From Candidatus Saccharimonadota bacterium (GTDB lineage: Bacteria; Patescibacteriota; Saccharimonadia; Saccharimonadales; UBA4665): a stretch of DNA of 64,000 nucleotides. The first letter of the stretch is position 1. Every line of letters starts with the position of its first letter. Position numbers and translations under genes: made by a program. Under the pieces are notes generated by a model. That model was not told where the DNA came from. It saw nothing but the letters and a program-made list of their open reading frames with translations, and did no database searches. Shown here piece after piece: positions 10,399 through 18,514 of this stretch. The stretch spans positions 26,351-90,350 of the forward strand of contig DAHXLX010000017.1 of assembly GCA_027365775.1 (NCBI GenBank). Direction: 5' to 3'.

Positions 10399-11028
10399 TT
10401 GGGTAAGTTAAAAACATACAAACAACTGATCAGAAACTATCCGATTTTAAGTGATCAGATGACCAAAAAAAGATTAGATATAATACTTCGGCAACTCGAA
10501 CAGATACTTATTAAGAACATACCCGGGAGTATTGTCGAGTTCGGCTGTTATATCGGCACCACCAGCGTATTTCTCAAACGACTCATCAACCAACACGACC
10601 CGAGCATAAGCTTCCATGTTTACGATTCGTTCAAAGGTCTACCACATAAATCAATCAAGGATGCGTCCGTCGCTGGTTCTGGCTTCCGTTCAGGAGAACT
10701 TAAAGCCAGTAAACGCCAACTATTAAAGACTTTTAAAAAGTCTCAACTTAAACCGCCCATAATCCATAAGGGTTGGTTCAACGAACTTAAAGACAAAGAT
10801 ATACCGTCGGAGATTGCTTATGCTTTTCTGGACGGGGATTTCTATAGCTCAATCAGCGACAGTCTTGAGCTAGTCTGGCCGAGATTAGTAACCGGTGGCA
10901 ATATCGTGATTGACGATTTCGGCAAGAGCAACTTACCGGGTGTCAGTCGAGCGGTTGAAGACTTTTTCAAAGACCGGCCCGCCAAGATAAGACACGAACA
11001 AGATCTGGCGATTATAACCAAACCATAA
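10399..11028 (+). CDS. class I SAM-dependent methyltransferase, TylF/MycF-like
   Basis: GSIVEFGCYIGTTSVFL (motif I) and AFLDGDFYSSISDSLELVWPRLVTGGNIVIDDFG. TTG start with AAGGA 5 nt upstream. Confidence 0.62.
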   Translation: MGKLKTYKQLIRNYPILSDQMTKKRLDIILRQLEQILIKNIPGSIVEFGCYIGTTSVFLKRLINQHDPSISFHVYDSFKGLPHKSIKDASVAGSGFRSGELKASKRQLLKTFKKSQLKPPIIHKGWFNELKDKDIPSEIAYAFLDGDFYSSISDSLELVWPRLVTGGNIVIDDFGKSNLPGVSRAVEDFFKDRPAKIRHEQDLAIITKP

Positions 11029-11342
11029 CTCTCACCGGTTTCGGCCCTAAATTATTTAATTTCAAGCATTGTTAGACCGTAAGTCGATAGGGAACATAAA
11101 GCGACCATTTCCCTAAAGCAAGTTATGCAGCAAGTAAAAGTTATAGTAAATTTCGTAAAGGGGGTCTTCAGTTCGGCCATAAAGATACCGCTCCGCCAGT
11201 CTGTGGAATGTACCCATTATTCTAGACAGTGTTGTCTACAATAGTAGCAATACTGCACTAAGTAATGGAGGGCTAGCTCATGCCTAAGCGTCACATGATT
11301 CGTTCAAATGTTAAAGCTCAGATTCTAAAACGCTTAAAGGAG

Positions 11343-11353
11343 GATGGTGACCC
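11343..11353. repeat. 11-bp direct repeat GATGGTGACCC (candidate attL core)
   Basis: Exact copy of 16919-16929, the string that covers the CCA end and acceptor 3' bases of tRNA-Glu. Confidence 0.6.
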
Positions 11354-11432
11354 TAAGCCCCTCGATTTATAAGTCTATTGTAGGTGAAATTATTAGATGG
11401 AATAGTTTAGTTAGGCCCTCGTTAAAAAGTTA

Positions 11433-11852
11433 TTAAGATTTGTCACCCTTAAAAATCCACTGAACACCGTACCTATCATAAAATTGTCCATAAATTCCAA
11501 AAGGCATTTCGTGTAGTTCTTGCAGCCTTTTGTTATTATCGCCATCTTTTAGTTTTTCAAAAACTGTCTTTAATTCATCATAAGACTTACCTGTAACATA
11601 TATGGCTGTTGTATTACCTTGAACAGGGTCATAGTCAGGAGAAGCCATCCAATCGGTTGCTGATATTTCAATATCGCCACTTTTTAGATATGCGTTTATA
11701 AGTCTATTGTGTTTCTTTGGCGGGAACATATTTTTCATTGGTGTATCGCCAAGCTTAGTAAGCGACAATTCACCACCAAGACATTCGTGATAAAACGTCA
11801 TGGCTTCTGCACAGTTACCCTCAAATAGTAAAAATGGTGTTGCTTTAAGCAT
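11433..11852 (-). CDS. VOC / PhnB-like (glyoxalase-fold) family protein
   Basis: ATPFLLFEGNCAEAMTFYHECLGGEL ... FGIYGQFYDRYGVQWIF matches the PhnB/3-demethylubiquinone methyltransferase-like VOC pattern. Confidence 0.62.
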   Translation of the reverse strand: MLKATPFLLFEGNCAEAMTFYHECLGGELSLTKLGDTPMKNMFPPKKHNRLINAYLKSGDIEISATDWMASPDYDPVQGNTTAIYVTGKSYDELKTVFEKLKDGDNNKRLQELHEMPFGIYGQFYDRYGVQWIFKGDKS

Positions 11853-12293
11853 TGTTTATGTCCGTCTTGAAGTTATATTTATATATAAATATTAGCACCA
11901 TAACAGAATCAAACTTAACTAACAGTTATAAAACAAGATAACGTATAAATCGACACTTCAAATGTCAGATATTATAAATGTCAGAACCAACAGATTACAG
12001 CTAAGGATTTTATGCGGTAATGAAAAATTCAATCATGGTGAACCACCAAGCCATTAGTTCTCATTTATTGTTTGATGAATTAAGGCGATGGCAAACAATA
12101 ATCAACAGTAACACCCTAACCAAAGAGAAAAAATATCTAGATAGTTATTCCCATTACACCCCCTCAGTGATTAACACTTAACTAAACTAAGAGTGAATAT
12201 TAATAAACCTGAATAAAAGCTGAAATTTTATTTTAATAGTGCTAATATTTTAACAACAGCATTGCAGTTCAGTCTGGAAGGGAGGAAATTTAA

Positions 12294-13049
12294 ATGTCAG
12301 GCAACACTGTTAAATCTAAAAATGGTAACTGGTTCGGCAGACATAAGATTATAACTACAATTTTAGGATTAATTGTACTCGGGATTATCATATCGGCATT
12401 AGATAATAGTGGAAGCAGCACTAAACCTACTTCATCAACTACTAGTGCCAATACCACGGCGAAAACCACGCAGACGACCTCAAACAAGCCTCAAACAACC
12501 AAAACAAGCTCTGCACCAGCCAAACGACAAGTAAAAGGTACGGCGATAACCTTAGGAGCTGGCACATTCACAGGAGGAAAAGACATTGCGGTAGGTTTAT
12601 ATGACGTTACTGCACCAGCCGGGCAAAGTGGCAACTTTATTGTCAGTGGCACCGACTCTTATAACGAAGTTCTCGGCACAGATACATCAATGAGCGAGGT
12701 TCCAAAAATCAGAGTACAAATATCTAGTGGCGACCAAATACAAATTTCTGGATTGAGCGGTGTTTCATTTACACCAGTTACAACCCCTTTCGTAACAACA
12801 CATGTCCAAACAACATTATATGCTGGCACGTTTATAGTGGGGCAAGATATTGGAGCGGGTAGATACGTTGTGACTCCTGGTTCTGGGCAAAGTGGCAACT
12901 TTATAGTGGACGGTGGAGATAGCTATAACGAAGTATTAGGTACCGATAGTTCAATGGGAGAGGTTCCGAGTTTAACAGTAAATCTGTCACCTGGAGACAC
13001 TATAAACATCTCAGGGATGAGCCAAGTTAACTTCCAGCCCACTAATTAG
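12294..13049 (+). CDS. membrane-anchored secreted protein with internal tandem domain duplication, unknown function
   Basis: Strong SD (GGGAGG), an N-terminal TM and a Ser/Thr-rich linker. Two ~95-aa repeats follow: GAGTFTGGKDIAVGLYDVTAPAGQSGNFIVSGTDSYNEVLGTDTSMSEVP... and YAGTFIVGQDIGAGRYVVTPGSGQSGNFIVDGGDSYNEVLGTDSSMGEVP... Confidence 0.6.
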   Translation: MSGNTVKSKNGNWFGRHKIITTILGLIVLGIIISALDNSGSSTKPTSSTTSANTTAKTTQTTSNKPQTTKTSSAPAKRQVKGTAITLGAGTFTGGKDIAVGLYDVTAPAGQSGNFIVSGTDSYNEVLGTDTSMSEVPKIRVQISSGDQIQISGLSGVSFTPVTTPFVTTHVQTTLYAGTFIVGQDIGAGRYVVTPGSGQSGNFIVDGGDSYNEVLGTDSSMGEVPSLTVNLSPGDTINISGMSQVNFQPTN

Positions 13050-13111
13050 GGGTAATCTGCAATTGTACCAACAGAAAGCTAAGGCGGATAAAAACTAAAG
13101 GAGCAACCGCA

Positions 13112-14620
13112 ATGCAAAAACTCAAAGATATAGGAGCAGTCCTTCTAGGAATCCTAATTATTGTCGGTATTTTAGTCGGTAGCATTCTTATCATTGGTTA
13201 TGGCAGCAAGGTTGCCATTAAAGCAGACCCAATTCTTTCATGGATTAGCTTAGCGATACTCGTGATAAACCTTATAACAATACCCCTGGTTATTTTCAAA
13301 AGAACCCGAGCCTGGTATGGGCTTGAGTTATTCTTCTCTTCAATGATATACGGACTTTCCCTTTGGGTGTATGGATTTTTAGTAACTTATATATTATGGG
13401 GAATAGGCGCGGTTGTAGTAGGTATCTTTATTTTAGGTATTGGCGTGGTTCCTTTTGGATTAATAGCGTCAGTTATTCATCATGAGTGGAGTTATTTTTG
13501 GAACCTTATTTTGATGCTCGTACTTACTTTTGCATCTAGGGGCATTGGTTCAGTCCTAGTCGATAGAGCCGAAAGTGACGAAGGCTATGAGGATGTTGAT
13601 GTTAAAGAAGAGCCGCTCAAAGGTCTTGAAGAGATATATATTGGTAATAAGGCTGCCATAAAAGCTAGTTTATCTAAAGTTAAAAATGCTGGTCAGAATA
13701 CAGAGATAATCGGCTGGTTGGCAATTGCAGTTGGAGCTATCGCAATTTGGCTCCAAGGTCATAATGGTTATCAAGCAATAGCCATATGGTTTATCTATCT
13801 GATAATTGGGCTTTATTTCATTTACTCAGGTAAGTACATACGCTATGCACGAGGCAAACATATAGCAGGACTTTTATTATTAAACGGATTCCTACTATTA
13901 GCTCTAACTCCAGGTATCTTTCCGCTAATAGTGTCTATTCAATCATTCGTTAATTATGGAAGATACAGGAAACTTAAAAACAAGTTTAAGCCTAAGTTTA
14001 GTAAACATCCATCACTTCAAATATCCACATCGCAAGCTATTGTTTTTGTCGTACTTATATTAGCCGGTATTTTATCTATAGGTTTTAAATTCAGTAGTTC
14101 CTCAAATGCCAATACGTCAGCGCAAAGTAACAATGCAACTCTTGCTCAAAGACCAGCATTATTTACTGCCTCAAATAACAACTTCTCAATCAACTTTCCT
14201 GGCACCCCCACCACGTCTAGCTCCAGCCAGCAGGTTTCTGGTTATACGGTGCCAATAACAACTTATGACAGCCAAGTCAATAACGGTAGTCAAGAATATG
14301 ATGTCTACGTTTATAATTGGCCATCACAAGGTTTTGATTTTTCAAATCTATCAACTACTGATATGCAGACAACTCTAAAGGATTCCGCTAGTGGCATAAT
14401 TCAAGCTGTTAACGGTAAATCAGTAAATGATGTTTTTGGGAATTATGATGGACACATCTCTTTAGATTCACAATTCACCACTAAAATATCTGGCAACTCC
14501 TATCCAATGTATTTAAGAGTATTTTTTGTGGGGAACAATGAATATGGCATTGCTTCACTTAATTCTAGCCAGGGAGACTTTAATAGTTTTGCCAATTCAT
14601 TTAGTTATACAGGGCAATAA
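13112..14620 (+). CDS. polytopic membrane protein with C-terminal extracytoplasmic domain, unknown function
   Basis: SD AAGGAG. About 5 TM segments, an acidic loop (AESDEGYEDVDVKEE), about 4 more TM segments, a basic patch, one final TM and a ~190-aa Ser/Asn-rich soluble tail. Confidence 0.6.
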   Translation: MQKLKDIGAVLLGILIIVGILVGSILIIGYGSKVAIKADPILSWISLAILVINLITIPLVIFKRTRAWYGLELFFSSMIYGLSLWVYGFLVTYILWGIGAVVVGIFILGIGVVPFGLIASVIHHEWSYFWNLILMLVLTFASRGIGSVLVDRAESDEGYEDVDVKEEPLKGLEEIYIGNKAAIKASLSKVKNAGQNTEIIGWLAIAVGAIAIWLQGHNGYQAIAIWFIYLIIGLYFIYSGKYIRYARGKHIAGLLLLNGFLLLALTPGIFPLIVSIQSFVNYGRYRKLKNKFKPKFSKHPSLQISTSQAIVFVVLILAGILSIGFKFSSSSNANTSAQSNNATLAQRPALFTASNNNFSINFPGTPTTSSSSQQVSGYTVPITTYDSQVNNGSQEYDVYVYNWPSQGFDFSNLSTTDMQTTLKDSASGIIQAVNGKSVNDVFGNYDGHISLDSQFTTKISGNSYPMYLRVFFVGNNEYGIASLNSSQGDFNSFANSFSYTGQ

Positions 14621-14685
14621 TTAGGTGGGTATTCGATATTTCCCTCAATCAACATTTAGCCCTAATAAACACAATTAGAACGAGT

Positions 14686-14714
14686 GGTAGGAAAATAGCC
14701 CTACCTCTTTATCC
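14686..14714 (+). terminator. weak intrinsic terminator candidate
   Basis: GGTAGG-loop-CCTACC hairpin (14686-14705) followed by TCTTTATCC. Confidence 0.3.
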
Positions 14715-15099
14715 TTAATCCAATTTATTTTAGACCTCTAACCCGTGTTCTTTAATTAAAGATACCCCTACGCATATTTATCTTGAATTTCTATTATCAC
14801 TAAAACTATCCAATGGCATAAAGAAAACTAAAAACCAAAGATAATTTGCCATCAGAAACCAGGGGTATTCTTTGGAATAACTAAGGCAGTTGAATAATTA
14901 TCCTTATCTGTCCAACAAGTTGCGTCAAAAACTCTTTTAGTTTTATTAGGCTTCAGCCATTGACAGATGATATAGAAAAATGTCCTTGAAAAGATTATGG
15001 TCCTGGCTATTATAGAGTTAAGCAGTTTACTTTGTAGCGGAATTCTTACCCGAGTTAGCTAAGTAACAAAGTAAACAACCGGGTGAAGAAGGGAGCGTT

Positions 15100-15276
15100 G
15101 TGGGCCACGCCAGGGTAAAGGCAGCCGCTAAACCAACGCCTGAAAACCAAAGTCAGAAGCAAGTTTTCTACTACACTGACAAAAATCGGGTTCAAAAGGC
15201 ATCACAGCAAGACTTTGACGAGCTTGCTAGGTTACTTTTGCGTGTCTATAAGAAGAAAAAGATTACTATATCATAA
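15100..15276 (+). CDS. speculative small basic ORF (58 aa) upstream of the recombinase
   Basis: GTG start with GGGAG 5-9 nt upstream. Hand translation: VGHARVKAAAKPTPENQSQKQVFYYTDKNRVQKASQQDFDELARLLLRVYKKKKITIS. It is absent from the ORF track because it is shorter than 60 aa. Confidence 0.2.
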   Translation: MGHARVKAAAKPTPENQSQKQVFYYTDKNRVQKASQQDFDELARLLLRVYKKKKITIS

Positions 15277-15398
15277 TATAGACGTACTGACCATTATTAC
15301 GCCATTATTTTCGTTTATATCAATGGCAGCATCGGCGTTGGGGTCATGCAACTGGTCTCTGGAGCTGCCACTCATATTAAAGATTAAGGAGGAATAAA

Positions 15399-17021
15399 AT
15401 GGCTGAATTTTTAGCCATAGCCCAATGTCGGGTCTCAACCTTAGAGCAAAAAGAAGCAGGCAATAGCCTGGAAGCACAAGAAAAATATATTTACGAGTGT
15501 GCCGAAAAGCTGGATGCAAAAATAGTAAAAATGTGGTCACTTAATGTGTCGAGTCGAAAGGGCAAGAACCTAGCCAGAAAAGATTTACAAGAAATATTCC
15601 AATACTGTAAAGAGTATAAAAATATCCGATATTACATCTTAGATGAGGTAGATAGGTTTATGCGTTCCGTCGAAGAATACTATTGGTGGAAAGTGGAGTT
15701 CAAGCGTATTGGAGTCTATCTTGCATATGCTAAACTGCCGGAACTTACGCACCAGGATGACCCGCTAGCAGTCATGCGTGAAATGCTTGAGGTTTTTCGG
15801 GCAGAAGCCAGTAACCACGAGAGGATAACCAAGACCAAAGACAAAATGGCCGCACGCGCAGCTGCCGGTTACTATCCATCTAATCCGAGACAAGGTTACG
15901 TAAGGGGGACAATTCCAGCCCTCCACGTCCCAGACCACAGGCTTGAACGCTTTAACTTGCTAAAACAGGCACTAACCGCAACTGCCCACTTCAAAATGAA
16001 GCCAGAGGAAGCTTTGCGTTGGTTGAATGAAAATGGTTACCGCACTCCGGGTGGCTGCAAATTAGATATGAACCATTGGCGGAGCATCATGCTTGACCCA
16101 TATTACGCTGGCATTATTAAGTTTGGCCAGTGTCCAATTAATGAAAATGGTCTTCATGAAGCTATGATTACTAAAGCAGAGTGGGAGATAAATGTAGCTA
16201 TAATTACCAAACGGCCAACAAATCGCAGGGGGCAGTTCAACCCTAATTACCCCCTCAACAAATACATCGTGCATAAGGATTGTGACAAAGGTGACACTAA
16301 CAAGTTCAGTGGCTTTAATCACTCTAATGGCAAGGGTTGGGAACGTTCTGATTATAGCTGTCGAGGTTGCTCAATATGTCTCTCCAGAGATGACATTCAC
16401 GACCATTTAAGCGCAGTGCTTGATGCTATGGTGTTTATAGGTGGTTCTAAGGATAGGCTCAAGAAATCACTTAAGATTGCCTGGCAAGACGAAGAAAAGT
16501 ACCGATTTGATAAATTAGAGCGCTTAAATAAACTTAAGCTTGGCCAGGAAGAAGTAAAGTCTAAGGTCATTAGCGCCATAGTAAGCAATCCTGACATGGC
16601 AGATGACCTAAAGACGGAGCTAAATAAAACAAAGGCTAAAATAGCCGAATATGAGGCTCAGATTACCGAAGCAGGTCAGGTAGACAAAGAGTTTCGAGAT
16701 TTTACATTGTTTGCCTTAGATTTTGTAGATAATTTACGGCAGAACTTCTGGAGGCTTGAGCCAGAAGATTTTATTGCTTGTTTGAAGTTATTGTTTCCTG
16801 AGGCAATTGAAGTAGATTCTGGCAAAAAACTTCACATTTCCAGGATTAGCCCGCTCTATATCCTAAACTCAGTAACTAAAAATTTAAAAATTGTCCAATT
16901 TGATACAAAATCAGGAATGATGGTGACCCCTGCGGGATTCGAACCCGCGATTGCCGGACTGAGAACCCGGAGTCCTGGACCGCTAGACGAAGGGGCCACT
17001 TGCTTCAGCATGGCATATTAG
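15399..17021 (+). CDS. large serine recombinase (resolvase/invertase-type catalytic domain)
   Basis: AIAQCRVSTLEQ (catalytic Ser), DEVDRFMRS, a Cys cluster (CRGCSIC) and a long coiled-coil (KLERLNKLKLGQEE...KAKIAEYEAQITEAG). Strong SD AAGGAGG. The last ~33 codons are antisense to tRNA-Glu. Confidence 0.85.
   Translation: MAEFLAIAQCRVSTLEQKEAGNSLEAQEKYIYECAEKLDAKIVKMWSLNVSSRKGKNLARKDLQEIFQYCKEYKNIRYYILDEVDRFMRSVEEYYWWKVEFKRIGVYLAYAKLPELTHQDDPLAVMREMLEVFRAEASNHERITKTKDKMAARAAAGYYPSNPRQGYVRGTIPALHVPDHRLERFNLLKQALTATAHFKMKPEEALRWLNENGYRTPGGCKLDMNHWRSIMLDPYYAGIIKFGQCPINENGLHEAMITKAEWEINVAIITKRPTNRRGQFNPNYPLNKYIVHKDCDKGDTNKFSGFNHSNGKGWERSDYSCRGCSICLSRDDIHDHLSAVLDAMVFIGGSKDRLKKSLKIAWQDEEKYRFDKLERLNKLKLGQEEVKSKVISAIVSNPDMADDLKTELNKTKAKIAEYEAQITEAGQVDKEFRDFTLFALDFVDNLRQNFWRLEPEDFIACLKLLFPEAIEVDSGKKLHISRISPLYILNSVTKNLKIVQFDTKSGMMVTPAGFEPAIAGLRTRSPGPLDEGATCFSMAY
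16919..16929. repeat. 11-bp direct repeat GATGGTGACCC (candidate attR core)
   Basis: Overlaps the tRNA-Glu 3' end. Identical to 11343-11353. Confidence 0.6.
16921..16997 (-). tRNA. tRNA-Glu (anticodon CUC), CCA encoded
   Basis: Hand fold of the reverse complement. Acceptor stem GGCCCCT/AGGGGTC with one G-U pair. D-stem GTCT/AGGAC. Anticodon stem CCGGG/TCCGG with loop TTCTCAG. T-arm GCGGG-TTCGAAT-CCCGC. Terminal ACCA. Confidence 0.9.
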
Positions 17022-17137
17022 CACATCTGTTAGATAGCGTCTACAAACCACCTCAAATACTATATTGCTCTATTGCTTATGCTATAGCAAACAGGGATAA
17101 TGATAATCAGTTAACCATAACTAAAATGTATTAAAAC

Positions 17138-18475
17138 ATGAATGTATATGAGATTTCGGATTTTGGGCTTGGTTTAATTATTGTTGTACTGGTTTTGATA
17201 ATTATCAATAAGAACCACAAATCATTGCCAAATTCAGGCGAGAATCTAGAGAACTATCTAAGGGACGAAAAACAGAAATCAGCTATCATCCTTAACGCAA
17301 TTGATGACGGCGTAATGCTTATAGACAATAATGGTATTATCCAGTTATTCAACCCCGGTGCGGTCAAGATTTCCGGCTGGCCGGCGGACGAAGCCAGAAA
17401 ACTAGATTACAAATCGGTATTGAAACTTGTTAACGATAAAGGTGAACCGTATAACGTTCAGCAAGATCCGATAGCCAGGATATTCAACGATCCGTCCAAT
17501 ACCATAAGAGACAATAACGCCAATCTGGAAACTCGTAGCGGCAAACAGCTTCCGCTATCCTTAAGTGTCTCACCACTTGTCGATCAAAAACGGCAGATGA
17601 CCGGTGCGGTCGCAATTTTTCGCGACATCACCCAGGAAAGGCAGGAAGAAAAGCAGCGTTCGGAGTTTATAAGCACAGCCAGCCATGAGATGCGGACACC
17701 GGTAGCCGCGATCGAGGGCTATTTGGCTTTAGCGCTTAATGATAAGGTCAGCACAGTCGACAGCCGGGCTAAGCAGTACTTAGAGAAGGCCCATGAATCA
17801 ACCCAACATCTGGGTAAATTGTTCCAGGACTTACTCACGTCCGCCAAAGCCGAAGACGGAAGGTTAACATCGCATCCGATATCGATCGAGTTAGGAGAAT
17901 TCTTAGAACAATTAAGCAACGATTTACGGTTTGCGGCGGACAAAAAAGGTTTGGCGCTTGAATTTAGTTTAGGTTCCAGTGAAACCATTGATGCAACCCA
18001 AAAAAATACAGCCGGATTTAAAGTCATTAAGCCCTTATATTACGTGCTTGCCGATCCGGATCGATTACGCGAGGTAATCACTAATCTGTTTGATAATGCG
18101 GTCAAGTACACCGACGAGGGCAAAATAACCCTGGGATTAACCGGCGATCCAAAGATCGTTCAGATATACATCAAAGATACAGGAGTTGGCATACCGGCCG
18201 AAGACATACCGCATTTATTCCAGAAATTCTATAGGGTAGACAATTCAGCCACCAGAACAATCGGCGGCACGGGACTGGGACTATACATTTGTCGTAAAAT
18301 TGTCGAATTGTATCAGGGTAGAATATGGGTCGAAAGTACTATCGGAAAAGGTTCGACATTCTTTATTAACTTTCCAAGGTTATCGACTGAACAAGCAGAA
18401 GCCGAAAAACGTAGCGAGGCAGCCGGTAACGGTGTAAACCCGATTACAAGTATAACCACACACATGTTACAATAA
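17138..18475 (+). CDS. sensor histidine kinase (TM + PAS + HisKA + HATPase_c)
   Basis: H-box STASHEMRTPVAAIEGY, N-box ITNLFDNAVKYT, G-boxes KDTGVGI and GGTGLGLYICRKIVELYQG. Confidence 0.88.
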   Translation: MNVYEISDFGLGLIIVVLVLIIINKNHKSLPNSGENLENYLRDEKQKSAIILNAIDDGVMLIDNNGIIQLFNPGAVKISGWPADEARKLDYKSVLKLVNDKGEPYNVQQDPIARIFNDPSNTIRDNNANLETRSGKQLPLSLSVSPLVDQKRQMTGAVAIFRDITQERQEEKQRSEFISTASHEMRTPVAAIEGYLALALNDKVSTVDSRAKQYLEKAHESTQHLGKLFQDLLTSAKAEDGRLTSHPISIELGEFLEQLSNDLRFAADKKGLALEFSLGSSETIDATQKNTAGFKVIKPLYYVLADPDRLREVITNLFDNAVKYTDEGKITLGLTGDPKIVQIYIKDTGVGIPAEDIPHLFQKFYRVDNSATRTIGGTGLGLYICRKIVELYQGRIWVESTIGKGSTFFINFPRLSTEQAEAEKRSEAAGNGVNPITSITTHMLQ

Positions 18476-18514
18476 TGCTAACGTATATGCGTTAAACTAA
18501 AAGGATATAGATAG

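Larger units (their letters stand above)
11343..16929. mobile_element. candidate integrated element (~5.6 kb) at the tRNA-Glu 3' end, serine-recombinase type
   Basis: Bounded by the 11-bp repeat and visibly more AT-rich than its flanks. A large serine recombinase lies at the tRNA-proximal end. The cargo ORFs have no housekeeping signatures. Confidence 0.5.

Noticed and set aside
11280-11372. A 30-aa ORF (MPKRHMIRSNVKAQILKRLKEDGDPKPLDL) crossing the left repeat, considered as a transposase or HTH gene remnant.
   Set aside because: It is too short, has no recognisable family motif and has no SD. It is more likely fortuitous. The region is reported only as the candidate attL.
12035-12181. A 48-aa ORF in the island's divergent promoter region.
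   Set aside because: It has no Shine-Dalgarno sequence, lies in AT-rich DNA where such ORFs arise by chance, and has no motif.
12541-13040. The two nucleotide repeats inside the 12294-13049 ORF were considered as a diversity-generating retroelement template/variable-region pair.
   Set aside because: The differences between the copies are not restricted to adenine positions, both copies are in frame within one ORF, and no reverse transcriptase is present in the window. This is an ordinary tandem domain duplication.
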